This document shows positions 48,409 through 59,399 of a stretch of DNA of 64,000 nt, one piece after another. The translations under genes were made by a program, and so were the position numbers. The stretch is from positions 6,855 to 70,854 of the forward strand of contig JBEKTP010000001.1 of assembly GCA_049515915.1 (NCBI GenBank). The letters are read 5' to 3'. The DNA is from Patescibacteria group bacterium (GTDB taxonomy: Bacteria > Patescibacteriota > UBA1384 > UBA12157 > JAENIV01). Under the pieces are notes generated by a model. That model saw only the letters and a list, made by a program, of their open reading frames with translations, did not search any database and was not told where the DNA came from. Position 1 is the stretch's first letter; each line of letters starts with the position of its first letter.

Positions 48409-49728
48409 TTAGAAACTGCCTAATTTCCCAAATAAATAATTTTTGAGTTCTTTGATTGCCACCCGCTCTTGTTTCATCGTATCACGGTCGCGAACGGTGA
48501 CTTTGTTGTCCTTTTCAAAATCGATCGTCACGCAAAATGGCGTGCCGATTTCATCTTGCCTTCTATATCGTCTACCGATACTGCCCGATTCATCATATTC
48601 GATCTCTCCCCAACAAGTTTTGAGGTCTTGATATATTTCTTGGGCTTTGTCCGATAATTTTTTAACTAAAGGTAAAACCGCCACTTTGACCGGCGCGAGT
48701 TTGGGCTCTAGATGAAGAATGATTTCACCACTTTCCGATTTCTCCTCCGGCTCCCCTCGCCCACCCGAGATTTCCTCAAATGCGTCGCAAATTATTGCCA
48801 ACATCAGACGCTCGATCCCTAAAGTTGGTTCAACGACATACGGCAAGATTTTTTCTTTCGTTTCTTCGTCGAAAAATTTCAGATCTTTACCCGATGCTTT
48901 TTCATGAGACGATAAATCAAAATCAGTGCGGTTAGCCACGCCGGCCAGTTCTTTTTTGCCAAAGGGAAAATTATATAAAATATCAACAGTTCTTTTTGAA
49001 TAATGCGCTAAAGATTCCTTCGGGTGCTCGTGATGTTCGATTGATTCTTTTTTAATACCAATTGATAGAACAAACTCCTCCCAATCTTTCAGCCATTCGT
49101 CGAAAGCCTTTTCATCATCGCCTTTTTTAACAAAATATTCGATCTCGGCGATTTCAAACTCGCGGACTCGAAACAAAAAATCTTTCGTATTGATTTCGTT
49201 GCGAAACGATTTTCCAATTTGGGCAATGCCAAATGGCAATTTTTGACGCGAGATTTCCATCACCTGCTTAAAATCGGTCAACATACCTTGAGCGGTCTCG
49301 GGTCTTAGATAGGTCATCGATTCATCATTCTCAATCACCCCGACATTAGTCTTAAACATCGGATTAAACTGCCTGGCCTCGGTGAATTCGTGCTCACCGC
49401 CGGCAGAACATTTTTCTTTGGGCAAATCATCGGCTTTGAAACGCTGATGGCATTTCTTGCATTCAACCAGCTTATCAATAAAATCTTTTTCATGCCCGCT
49501 CGCCTGCCAGACTTGACGATTCATTAAAATCGCCGATTCAAGGCCGACGATATCATCGCGGTCTTCGACAAACTTTTTCCACCAAAGTTTCTTGAGATTA
49601 TTCTTGAAAGTGACGCCATACGGCCCAAAATCATAAATCCCCGAAAGGCCACCATAAATCTCCGAACCCGGCATCACAAAACCCCGTCTTTTCGCCCATG
49701 AAACAATTTTTTCTAAATTCTTTTCCAT
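48409..49728 (-). CDS. glyQS: Glycine--tRNA ligase, class IIa (alpha2)
   Basis: YLRPETAQG, GKSFRNEI, SIGRRYRRQDEIGTP. Confidence 0.97.
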   Translation of the reverse strand: MEKNLEKIVSWAKRRGFVMPGSEIYGGLSGIYDFGPYGVTFKNNLKKLWWKKFVEDRDDIVGLESAILMNRQVWQASGHEKDFIDKLVECKKCHQRFKADDLPKEKCSAGGEHEFTEARQFNPMFKTNVGVIENDESMTYLRPETAQGMLTDFKQVMEISRQKLPFGIAQIGKSFRNEINTKDFLFRVREFEIAEIEYFVKKGDDEKAFDEWLKDWEEFVLSIGIKKESIEHHEHPKESLAHYSKRTVDILYNFPFGKKELAGVANRTDFDLSSHEKASGKDLKFFDEETKEKILPYVVEPTLGIERLMLAIICDAFEEISGGRGEPEEKSESGEIILHLEPKLAPVKVAVLPLVKKLSDKAQEIYQDLKTCWGEIEYDESGSIGRRYRRQDEIGTPFCVTIDFEKDNKVTVRDRDTMKQERVAIKELKNYLFGKLGSF

Positions 49729-49768
49729 ATTTTCTCCTAATTTCAATATATCAGAAACGGCGAGGATT

Positions 49769-50494
49769 TCATACAAATTTTCTCGATTTGAATTCCTCTT
49801 GCCGAATATGACGAATGTAATTTTTCACAATCTCAATGATATCTTTTTCTTGTTTTGGGGAAATTTTGATTCGATCGATAATGGAAATATTTTCTTTGAG
49901 AAAAAGCCTTAAAACTTTAATCGATTCGGCGGAAATTTTATCGGCGTAACCGCCGCATTGACGACAAACCAGACCGCCTTCTTCAAAATCAAAAGAGTTA
50001 CCTTGGGATTCCACTAAATTTAAACATTTAAGACATTTTTTCAGTTCCGGCTCGTAGCCAATGGTTTTTAAAAAATTAATTTCAAAATAGGGCAAGCAAA
50101 GTTGTTTTGAGCTACCGTGGTCAAGTCGGGTTAAGGTTTTTAACAAAAGTTCAAAAATTTCCAGATGTTTTTCATTTTCCACCGTTAAACGGTCGACGAT
50201 TTCCGCTAAATAATGGGAGAGATTGGTGTGACCTAAATTATTTCGAATCTGAAGAAATGGCTTGATAATCTCCGCTTCGGTGATAATATCCAAATTTCGC
50301 CCTTCGGCAATAACTAAGCTCGTCAGGCAAAAAAGCTCGAGATGACCGCCGAGCCGGGAGTTCTGTTTTCTCGCTCCCTTCGCGATGGCTTTAATCTTGC
50401 CTTTTTCATAAGTAAAAATGGTCAAAAGCCGGTCGGCTTCACCAAAATGAGTTCTCTTTAAAATAATCCCCCGGGCTTTGTAATTGGCCATCAA
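49769..50494 (-). CDS. recO: DNA repair protein RecO
   Basis: GEADR, AKGARK, CxxC...CxxC Zn finger. Confidence 0.95.
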   Translation of the reverse strand: MMANYKARGIILKRTHFGEADRLLTIFTYEKGKIKAIAKGARKQNSRLGGHLELFCLTSLVIAEGRNLDIITEAEIIKPFLQIRNNLGHTNLSHYLAEIVDRLTVENEKHLEIFELLLKTLTRLDHGSSKQLCLPYFEINFLKTIGYEPELKKCLKCLNLVESQGNSFDFEEGGLVCRQCGGYADKISAESIKVLRLFLKENISIIDRIKISPKQEKDIIEIVKNYIRHIRQEEFKSRKFV

Positions 50495-50495
50495 A

Positions 50496-51284
50496 TTAAG
50501 TGGCGGGTTTAAACTCCGGTGCCACCAGGCCGTTTTTCTTTAACTTGGAAATCATCGCCTTGTGGGCCAGCTGTAACTGTTCAGGCGTGTTGACGCCTTT
50601 CCACTGACTGGCATTAATCTTGTGGGCGATCACTCGCCGGCCTTCGTGATTGGCAATTTCAATTAAATCAGTCAAAAAATATTCGCCCGTGGGGTTGCGT
50701 TTGATTTTTTTTAAAGCCGGCCACAAAAAAGAAGTTTTAAAGACATAACAGGCGGCATTGATTTCCTTGATCTTTTTTTCGGCCGATCGAGCCAATTTTT
50801 CTTCGACAATACCGGTAACGTGGCCGGTCTCGTCACGGATGACCCGCCCCAAACCGGTTGGATCATTCTTTTGGACCGTCAGCATCGTAATCGACGGGCT
50901 TTTTTCTCGGTGTAAATCCACCAGTTCTGTAATGGTATCGGGATTATAAAAAGCGCTATCGTCCCCCATCACGACGACCACATCTTCGACATTTTTGGGG
51001 ACTTTCGCTTCGGCAGACATAACTGCATGAGCTGTTCCTAACCGTCGAGGCTGTTCGGCATAAATGACTTTACTGCCAAGGTGTTCTTTTATTTTTTCGC
51101 CACAAAAACCCACCACCACGACCGGTTTTAAAAAACCAGCTTTGTTCAAGTTATCCAAGCTATAATCAATCATCGGAATACCGGCAATCGGGAGCATTAC
51201 TTTGGGTAATTCTTTACAATTCAGCCGGGTGCCTTTGCCCGCCGCCAAAACGATCGCTTGGACTGGATTCGTTTTATGATTCAT
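50496..51284 (-). CDS. GlmU-like nucleotidyltransferase (uridyltransferase domain only)
   Basis: LAAGKGTRL..PK, QPRRLGTAHAV, EYFLTD; no hexapeptide-repeat domain. Confidence 0.85.
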   Translation of the reverse strand: MNHKTNPVQAIVLAAGKGTRLNCKELPKVMLPIAGIPMIDYSLDNLNKAGFLKPVVVVGFCGEKIKEHLGSKVIYAEQPRRLGTAHAVMSAEAKVPKNVEDVVVVMGDDSAFYNPDTITELVDLHREKSPSITMLTVQKNDPTGLGRVIRDETGHVTGIVEEKLARSAEKKIKEINAACYVFKTSFLWPALKKIKRNPTGEYFLTDLIEIANHEGRRVIAHKINASQWKGVNTPEQLQLAHKAMISKLKKNGLVAPEFKPAT

Positions 51285-51357
51285 TTCATTCTCCGTCTAT
51301 CAGAATTATTTTAACGCATAAATACAAGTTTGAAAAGAGCGAGAAGAGTCTCGTCTA

Positions 51358-52209
51358 TTATTTTTGACAAGTCGGACAATAATGAGTCCCCCGGCCGCCA
51401 ATGGTCATTCTTTTAACCACCCCGCCGCAGCCGCCTAAACAGGGTTGGCCGACCCGATGATAGACTTTAAGATAATTTTGCATCCCGCCTTTAACCCCTA
51501 AAGCGTTGACATAATCCCGGTCTGATGTTCCTCCATATTTTAACCCAAGTTTTAAAACTTTCAAGACGCTTACGTTAATTTTTTGCCATTCCGCCATCGA
51601 GAGATCTCTAAGTTTCCTCGTCGGCAGCACACCAGCAAGAAATAATGATTCGTCAACATAAATATTGCCAATGCCGGCGATGATTTCCTGATCAGTTAAA
51701 AATTGTTTGATATTCCGATTGGGAATTTTTTTGGCTTTTCTTAACAGGTAATCCACCGTAAAATCCGAAGTGAAGGGTTCGACGCCGTAGCCTTCAAAAA
51801 TTTCCCGAAGTTCTATGTCGGTTAAAACTTTACACCAACCGAACTTTCTTAAATCGTTGAAAAAGAGTTTGCTCCCATTTTTAAATGTAAATATTAACCG
51901 GGTGTTGGTATTGGGCAGTTTGGCATGCCAATCGTGTGAAGGATGGCCGCCGGCCATACGCTCACCGTTTTCGACATAAATTAATTGGCCGGTCAACTTT
52001 AAATGAAATAACAAGTTAAAACCGTTGGATAATTTCATCGAAATCAATTTAGCGCGACGACCAATTTCTTCGATCTTGGCGCCAAGGATATTTTCTTTGT
52101 CACCCTGAAAAGATTTGGTCGTTTCAATTTTAATATCAACTATCTCCTTGCCGATAATCTTTTTGGCTAGACCTTTTTTAATTGTTTCAATTTCGGGAAG
52201 CTCTGGCAT
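51358..52209 (-). CDS. mutM: Formamidopyrimidine-DNA glycosylase
   Basis: MPELPE, GIGNIY.DE, C-terminal Zn finger RGTHYCPTCQ. Confidence 0.96.
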   Translation of the reverse strand: MPELPEIETIKKGLAKKIIGKEIVDIKIETTKSFQGDKENILGAKIEEIGRRAKLISMKLSNGFNLLFHLKLTGQLIYVENGERMAGGHPSHDWHAKLPNTNTRLIFTFKNGSKLFFNDLRKFGWCKVLTDIELREIFEGYGVEPFTSDFTVDYLLRKAKKIPNRNIKQFLTDQEIIAGIGNIYVDESLFLAGVLPTRKLRDLSMAEWQKINVSVLKVLKLGLKYGGTSDRDYVNALGVKGGMQNYLKVYHRVGQPCLGGCGGVVKRMTIGGRGTHYCPTCQK

Positions 52210-52228
52210 GATATTACCCTTTTGATTT

Positions 52229-53482
52229 TTAAAACAAACTTTCCTGTGACGGCGCACCAGTATTTTTGCTTAGAACCTTGACTTTACCGTAAACTCCGTC
52301 ATAGCCAGGTTCGGTTTCGACTTGACCTATTCTTGCGTTCATTATTCCGGCGGCGATTTGGGGAGGCAGATTATTTTTTAATTCTCCCTCGCCCAGATCT
52401 AAGAGAATCTTAAATTCACTTCCAAGAGTGTTGATAATTTTAAGATATTCTTGCTGAACTTTTTGGCTCGAGGGAGTTACTTTCAGTGCTTCGGCGATAA
52501 TTTCTAAGAGAGGCACCAGATGGACCGAACCAGGAAAATTATTACTTTGAAATCCGACCGGACGGTCGGCCAATTCTTCAACGCGATTGAGGACGCCGAT
52601 GGTCAGTTTCCGACCGCACTTAGGACAAATATTATCAGGATATTTGGTTTCAAACGGATTGGCAACAAGATTACAATTGCGATGGCCGTCAAAATGATAT
52701 TTTCCCTCTTCCGGATAAAATTCGATGGTATTTAAAAATCTTTTTGGATCTTTAGTCTTTATAATGTTGGCGATCTCATTGTAAGTAAAATTATTTTTAT
52801 CGAGTTCAAAAACATTGGCCTCGCGGCCTAAATTGGCCGGACTGTGGGCATCGGAGTTCGAAATTAAGGTTATTTTATCAAGAGCTGATAATCGCCAATT
52901 CATTTCTGGGTCAGACGATAAGCCCGTTTCGATACTGTAGATATTATTCGATAATTCCTCATAGCACTCCTTAATCGAATCAAAGCCAGAGTTCGAGCCG
53001 AAAATACTAAACCACGGCGTCCAGGCGTGGGCCGGGATAATCAGACACTGCGGATTGATTTCAAGAATAATTTTAGCGAGATCCTTGGCAGAAATCCCTA
53101 ATATCGGCCGGCCGTCAGAATAAAGTTTACCTAAGTTGGTGAGGCGATCAATAATCTTGGCCACCGTCGTAAAATTAGGAGCAACAAGAACAGTATGGAC
53201 TCGACGGCCCTTACTTCCTTGATTATACATATTTGATATTTCGGCTGTAAGAATAAATTTCGGATCCTCGGCACGCGAATTTTTAAGTTTCAAAATACCA
53301 CTACCGTCTTCCATCAATTTTTCTTTTAGGTTGGAAAACCAAAACGGATGGGTAAAATCACCCGTGCCGACAAGATCAATCCCTTTGTATTTGGCATAGG
53401 TGGCGATGTGATCAATGTCCATATCGCGGGAAGTGGCCCGAGAATATTTAGAATGGATATGAAAATCAGCAATGATACGCAT
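52229..53482 (-). CDS. Endonuclease Q family PHP protein
   Basis: DFHIHSKYS, PAHAWTP, ETGLSSD, SNSDAHS, GKYH.DGHR.C, CPKCG, PGYDG.YG. Confidence 0.9.
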   Translation of the reverse strand: MRIIADFHIHSKYSRATSRDMDIDHIATYAKYKGIDLVGTGDFTHPFWFSNLKEKLMEDGSGILKLKNSRAEDPKFILTAEISNMYNQGSKGRRVHTVLVAPNFTTVAKIIDRLTNLGKLYSDGRPILGISAKDLAKIILEINPQCLIIPAHAWTPWFSIFGSNSGFDSIKECYEELSNNIYSIETGLSSDPEMNWRLSALDKITLISNSDAHSPANLGREANVFELDKNNFTYNEIANIIKTKDPKRFLNTIEFYPEEGKYHFDGHRNCNLVANPFETKYPDNICPKCGRKLTIGVLNRVEELADRPVGFQSNNFPGSVHLVPLLEIIAEALKVTPSSQKVQQEYLKIINTLGSEFKILLDLGEGELKNNLPPQIAAGIMNARIGQVETEPGYDGVYGKVKVLSKNTGAPSQESLF

Positions 53483-53573
53483 AATTAAATGTTAAAACAA
53501 TAATAAGAATGATAAAGGATTATTCTTTTTGTTTTGAGTTGAAGTTTTTACTTTTGAGTTTCTAGCTTTAAAC

Positions 53574-53843
53574 TTATTTCTCCCACGGTTTATCCGGATG
53601 CATTTTAATGATGAAATCGTAACGGGTTTGAGGATTATTATTTTTAACCGGCTTGCCATTAGAATAGACCGTATTGAGTGGGTCACCATAAGGGTTAAGA
53701 TCATTTTTAGCAATCCAAGTGTCAATTTGGCGATCTTCTTTATTAAGTTTTGGTCCAACGTAAGTATAAACGACCATGCCAATGATGCCAAGTGTCAGGA
53801 TGATAAATAATATCATCGAGATCCTAATCGAGGTTTTTTTCAT
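53574..53843 (-). CDS. Small membrane-anchored hypothetical protein
   Basis: N-terminal TM helix; LNPYGDP..T.Y motif; GAGGAGG upstream. Confidence 0.7.
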   Translation of the reverse strand: MKKTSIRISMILFIILTLGIIGMVVYTYVGPKLNKEDRQIDTWIAKNDLNPYGDPLNTVYSNGKPVKNNNPQTRYDFIIKMHPDKPWEK

Positions 53844-53975
53844 TGAGACCCTCCTCTATTAGATTATAACAAAAAAACGTCATTAATGCACTCTATTTTT
53901 TAGGGATTCTAAAAAGTCCTGTTTACCGATAAGCATTAAGTGCTTCGATATATTCGGGACGAGTCGTAATCTAAA

Positions 53976-54094
<119 letters not shown>

Positions 54095-54388
54095 TTTAAA
54101 TTACGAGATATTTTTTTCAGTGTCTTAATAGTTGTTCTAACCTAATACCTCCAAAATGGAGAAAGGTTTTCTCGGTCTATTAGTACTCCTCGGCTGAACA
54201 TCTTACGATGCTTACACCTAGAGCCTATCAACCCTGTGGTCTACAGGGAACCTTAACGAAGTCTAATCTTAAGGCGGGCTTCCCGCTTATATGCTTTCAG
54301 CGGTTATCCCAACCGAACATAGCTACCCAGCAATGCCCTTGGTAGGACAACTGGTACACCAGAGGTTCGTCCGCTCCGGTCCTCTCGT

Positions 54389-54691
54389 CAAGTGCATCCT
54401 TTATTTCTAAAGGCTTAGACTATATCTTCATCCGCCAGGTGGCGGAGTCGGCGTGTGATACCAATATAATTCGATTACCATCAAATTGGTATCTCGATCT
54501 TTCGATCTCAGTCGTTACGGGGTCACCCCGATTAATATCAGGGGACTTCCCACGGTATTCCCTTTCAAAACTTATGGTTTTTTAAGTTTCTTGAAATTTC
54601 ATTAAACCATAGATTTCATGAAGGCTCCACCGTTATTAGCCGAATTTTCAATCCCGATTACTCGGGAAAGTAGCAATGCGCTTTCGCGCCT
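54389..54691 (-). mobile_element. Group I intron L2656, no ORF, in sarcin-ricin loop
   Basis: Splits CCTAGT|ACGAGAGG; 5' exon ends in U, intron ends in G; AGATATAGTCT P7 element. Confidence 0.9.
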
Positions 54692-54750
54692 ACTAGGAGC
54701 AGACCCTCTCAAACTTCAACGATCACAGCAGATTAGGACCGAACTGTCTT

Positions 54751-55459
54751 CGCTTTTATCCATTATTACTAATGGTGCAGACTATATCTTCTTCCTTATC
54801 ATCCACCGATGAATAAGGAGTTGGCGTGTGTTCCGATAAATCGGAACTCAAGCTGATTGCCTAGATCAGCTATCAGTCGTTACGGGGAAAGATTATTTTC
54901 TGTCAGATACTTTAACACTTGTGGTGTGAAATTTTTCCGTTTCTTTGAAAAGTTATATTTAGCAGTGTTATCAACAAGTTGGCAAAAACTAATAAACTGT
55001 TTCTTTGATGGTTTTGGGGGTATTTTTTCAAACAGTAACAAATTTTGCGCTTGTTTCTTCTTTAAACGTAGATAAGGTAAAATCTTATGAACAACCGTGA
55101 TTACCGGCATAATTCCAACAATTGTGTATTCCGCCATGTTATCATTTCTTGTTCGAATGTAACCTGTCTTTAATAAAGATTTTAACCATTCAAGATGTCT
55201 AATATTTTGCTTGTGTTGATAGAAAACGAGACTTAATCTGATTTGAAAACCAAATTTATAGCCTTTTCTTTTTATCAACTGTGCCATTAGACATCCATCT
55301 CCATCTAAAAACCCTGCAATATAGGCTTTTATTTCTTCTGACATAATAAATCTTTCTTCCCACGGTATTACCCTCTTAACATTCGGTTGAATTAAGGAGG
55401 GCTTCACCGTTATTAGCCAAATTTATTATACAATTACTCGTATAAGTCGCAAATAATTT
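54751..55459 (-). mobile_element. Group I intron L2596 with homing endonuclease
   Basis: Splits AACGTCGT|AAGACAG; terminal G; AAGATATAGTCT. Confidence 0.9.
54880..55344 (-). CDS. Single-motif LAGLIDADG homing endonuclease (I-CreI-like)
   Basis: YIAGFLDGDG...YKF.FQIRLSL.F.Q. Confidence 0.92.
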   Translation of the reverse strand: MSEEIKAYIAGFLDGDGCLMAQLIKRKGYKFGFQIRLSLVFYQHKQNIRHLEWLKSLLKTGYIRTRNDNMAEYTIVGIMPVITVVHKILPYLRLKKKQAQNLLLFEKIPPKPSKKQFISFCQLVDNTAKYNFSKKRKNFTPQVLKYLTENNLSP

Positions 55460-55555
55460 ACGACGTTCTGAACCCAGCTCGCGTACCCTTTTAATTGGCG
55501 AACAGCCAAACCCTTGGGACGTACTTCCGCCCCAGGATAGGATGAGCCGACATCG

Positions 55556-55868
55556 TACCTTAATCCATAATTACTTATGGTGTAGACTATATCTTTATCC
55601 TACAACCGGACTTTAGGCATAAAGCCATATCCTTGGTTTTTTGTAGTAGGAATCGGCGTATTATTTGACTTTTTATAACTACCAAAGTCAAATCTCATCT
55701 TTCGATTCAGTCGTTACGGGGTCACCCCGATAGATATCGGAGGACTTCCCACGGTATTGCCCTTGTTGATTCTTATATTTTACCGAACATATTACGAACA
55801 AACAATAGGGGTTCACCGTTATAAGCCGATTTTTGGTATAGAATTACTTCTATAGCACCCCAATGTTA
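55556..55868 (-). mobile_element. Group I intron L2500, no ORF, apparent terminal A
   Basis: Splits GGCACCT|CGATGTC; P1 GCACCU/GGGUGC; ends ...AAGGTA. Confidence 0.88.
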
Positions 55869-56372
55869 AGGTGCCAAACCGCATCGTCTATGTGGGCTAT
55901 TGGATGCGATCAGCCTGTTATCCCCGGAGTAGCTTTTATCCGTTGAGCTCTGGCCATATCACTTTGTGCCAGAGGATCACTAACCCCAACTTTCGTTGCT
56001 GCGCGACTTGTAGGTCTTGCAGTCAAGCTGGCTTATGCGTTTGCACTATCGCTCTGATTTCCATACAGAGCTAGCCAACCTTTGGGCGACTCCGTTACAA
56101 TTTAGGAGTCAACCGCCCCAGTTAAACTACCCACCTGACACTGTCCCTTCGTTCATTACGAGGGTTAGAATCAAACTCCCAACAGGATGGTGTTACACTT
56201 TCGTCCCCGAAGGGACTCCCATCTGCTCTATACAATTGAAAATTTAATTCAATATCAAGCTATAGTAAAGCTTCACGGGGTCTTTCCGTCTTGCTGCGAT
56301 TAACCGGCATCTTTACCGGCATTGTAATTTCACCGAGCCCTTCCCAGAGACAGTTTTCAGATTGTTATGCCA

Positions 56373-56404
<32 letters not shown>

Positions 56405-56425
56405 ATTCGCTACCATAGAACGGTT

Positions 56426-57137
56426 CATTTGTGTTTATGGCTGATTTTACAGCCCTGTATGTCTCCATACAGATCGGACTATATCATCCCACCTTGCGGC
56501 GGGTCTAGCGTATAGTCTCTGAGGATTCTCCATAAATATCCTTAAAACAATATTTTCTTGTTCTGCCAGCACCAACATTCAATTTCTCTCTTAAGAAAAC
56601 TATCTCTCGCAAACCTTTATCTGTTAAATGCTCACCATTCATTAGATTGGCTATCTGACAAAATATTTTGAAATTTTGCTTTTTACTTGCGGAGAAAAAA
56701 TTAAACTTTCTAAAGAATGGGATTATTTTTTCTTTAATCATCGCAAAGTTACAAACGTCATATATAAATAATCCATCTTGTCTCCGTTTAATTTTTCCGC
56801 AACCTAAATATCGTTTCATTATGGTGAGAATAGTTATATCTCGTTGAGAAACATTAAAGCAAAGACACACTTGCCATTTTTGCTTGTAATCTTGTTTATT
56901 TCTCAATGAAACATTAAAACTTCCTTCACCATCAACAAATCCTGCAAAATAGTAACCTATTTTATCAGGAATTTGTTTGAGCCAGTTTTCGCTCACTTGA
57001 CCTCCTTTGGAGCCTTTCCTGCTGATTGTCTCTATTCTTTGGATTTTTAGGTATAGTTAACTATTCTATAACCTACCAAAGACTTAACAAGATTTTCCAG
57101 CATATAGCTAGATTTTATAACTACTAACCGTTATTTA
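56426..57137 (-). mobile_element. Group I intron L1917 with homing endonuclease
   Basis: Splits GTAACTAT|AACCG (H69); CAGAGACTA and GATATAGTCC core elements; terminal G. Confidence 0.92.
56505..56996 (-). CDS. Single-motif LAGLIDADG homing endonuclease
   Basis: FAGFVDGEGSF, F.VSQ, LGCG. Confidence 0.92.
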   Translation of the reverse strand: MSENWLKQIPDKIGYYFAGFVDGEGSFNVSLRNKQDYKQKWQVCLCFNVSQRDITILTIMKRYLGCGKIKRRQDGLFIYDVCNFAMIKEKIIPFFRKFNFFSASKKQNFKIFCQIANLMNGEHLTDKGLREIVFLREKLNVGAGRTRKYCFKDIYGESSETIR

Positions 57138-57860
57138 ATAGTTACCGCTGCCGTTCACTAGGGCTTAAGTTCAAGCCTAGCTCTGACTTGCGTCAGAAGA
57201 TCAGCTCTCCCCGTAACCTACTAGCACTGGGCAGGCATCAGCCCCTATACATCCCCATAATGGGTTCGCAGGGACCTAAGTTTTTGCTAAACAGTCATCT
57301 GAAATACGTTTGTTGCAGCCACCTTACGGTGGCAGTGCTTCTCCCGAAGTTACACACGCTTTTTTGCCGAGTTCCTTTGGGAAAGTTAGCTCGATCACCT
57401 TGGTATCCTCTACCCATCTACCTGAGTCGGTTTGCGGTACGGGTGCTAAAAGGAGTGGATTACAGCTTTTCTCGTCACCGCTTCAGCCTTACCTTTCAAC
57501 CATACGATTGGCAGACCTCTACGATGCGTCACTGTAATATAATCTTTTAACAGTCGACGAATATCAACGCCGTGTCCATCGCCCTCGCGGGCTTAGGCCC
57601 GACTAACCCCCCGCCGATTATCGTTACGGGGGAAACCTAAGATATTTGGTGGGCAGGTTTCTCACCTGCCTAATTCGTTACTCATACCAACATTCTCACT
57701 TCTTGGCCGTCCAGCAAACCTCACAGTTTGCCTTCACCCAGCCAAGAACGCTCCCCTACCACTCCAGTAAACTGGAGTCCGCATCTTCGGTGATAGTTTT
57801 GAGCCCCGATGAATTTTCGGCGCCACAAACCTTGACCAGTGAGCTGTTACGCTTTCTTTA

Positions 57861-57891
<31 letters not shown>

Positions 57892-58451
57892 TTGTCTAAG
57901 GATTGTGACATCCTTTTCCACTTAAACTATACTCTGGGACCTTAGATGGCGGTCTGGATTCTTTTCCTTTTGACTGTGAAGCTTAGCCCCCACAGTCTGA
58001 CTGCTCGAAAATCCAAAACGGAATTTGGAGTTTGATTAGCCTTCCGGCTTTCGCCGGAATAAGCCATCCAGAGCTCTACCTCCGAATTTTAACTTCGAGC
58101 GCTATACCTAAATATATTTCGGGGAGAACCAGCTATTTCCGGGTTCGATTAGCATTTTACCTCTATCCTCAAGTCATCACATAGCTTTGCAACGCTATAG
58201 CGTGCGGGCCTCCCTCACAGCTTTCGCTGGAGTTCACCCTGCTCAAGGATAGATCACCCGGTTTCGGGTTTAGTGTATGCCACTAGCGCCCTTTCGGACT
58301 CGGTTTCCCTATGCCTTCCCACAAAAAGTGGTTAAGCTAACGCGACATACAGCTAACTCGTTGGTTCATTCTACAAAAGGCACGCCGTCACCCTTGCGGG
58401 GCTCCGACTCCTTGTAAGCATATGGTTTCAGGTACTATTTCACTCCCCAAT

Positions 58452-58501
<50 letters not shown>

Positions 58502-59140
58502 GGAAGATATTTAGCCTTAGGAGATGATCCTCCCATCTTCCTGCTGGATTTCACGTGTCCAGCAGTACTTGCCTTTACGTCTCAAAGAGACGCAAAGTAA
58601 TGATGGCAGTAAAAGTTTACTTTTCGCTTACGGGACTGTTACCCTCTTTGGTCGTCCTTTCCAGGTTCATTTAGCTAAATAAACTCACTTACCATCATCA
58701 GGCTGTTCCCTTTTCGCTCGCCACTACTAAGGGAATCACATATTGGCGCAAACCTTTCGGCTCGCGCGAATATCTCACTTTTGGTGAGTCTTGTTTTCTT
58801 TTCCACGCCTTACTAAGATGTTTCAGTTCAGGCGGTTCCCTTCCGGTTCCACCTTCCCGACACGAAATGATTGTAAAGGCCTTTTAATTTGGATCCTATA
58901 ATTTAATAGATCCTAAAGGCTCATCTCATGCCGGGAATGCGAAACCGGACTGTCGCCTCTTCGGCGACCGGGTTGCCCCATTCGGAAATCTTCGGATCAA
59001 AGGATGTTTGGCTCCTCCCCGAAGCGTATCGCACGCCTACTGCGTCCTTCATCGGTCTTCCATGCCTAGGCATCCACCTTATGCTCTTATTGAAAACCAA
59101 ATATTAGGTAGAACAACTACCAAGACACTGAATACTTCAC

Positions 59141-59392
59141 TTGTTAAAGTTCAATGAGATAGTCGGATCATCAGATAATCTGATATTTTAAACCTCATCA
59201 ATTAATTCTCTGAATATCTGACCATCTCTAAACCAAAAACCGCCTTTCGGCGGATGAAACACAACTCAAAATTTGGATTTAAGTTTAAGTTTATCCGTCG
59301 ACCCCCTCGAATAATTTGTTGCTAATATACATCAGAAATGACTCCTTATATTCGTCTGAATTAATTTTAACAAGACTCAATAAATTTGTCAA
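59141..59392 (-). promoter_or_regulatory. 23S promoter and leader with terminator/antiterminator and boxA-like site
   Basis: TTGACA-17-TAAAAT (59392-59364); CCGCCGAAAGGCGG-TTTTT; GAACTTTAACAA at 59141-59152. Confidence 0.7.
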
Positions 59393-59399
59393 GCAAGGT

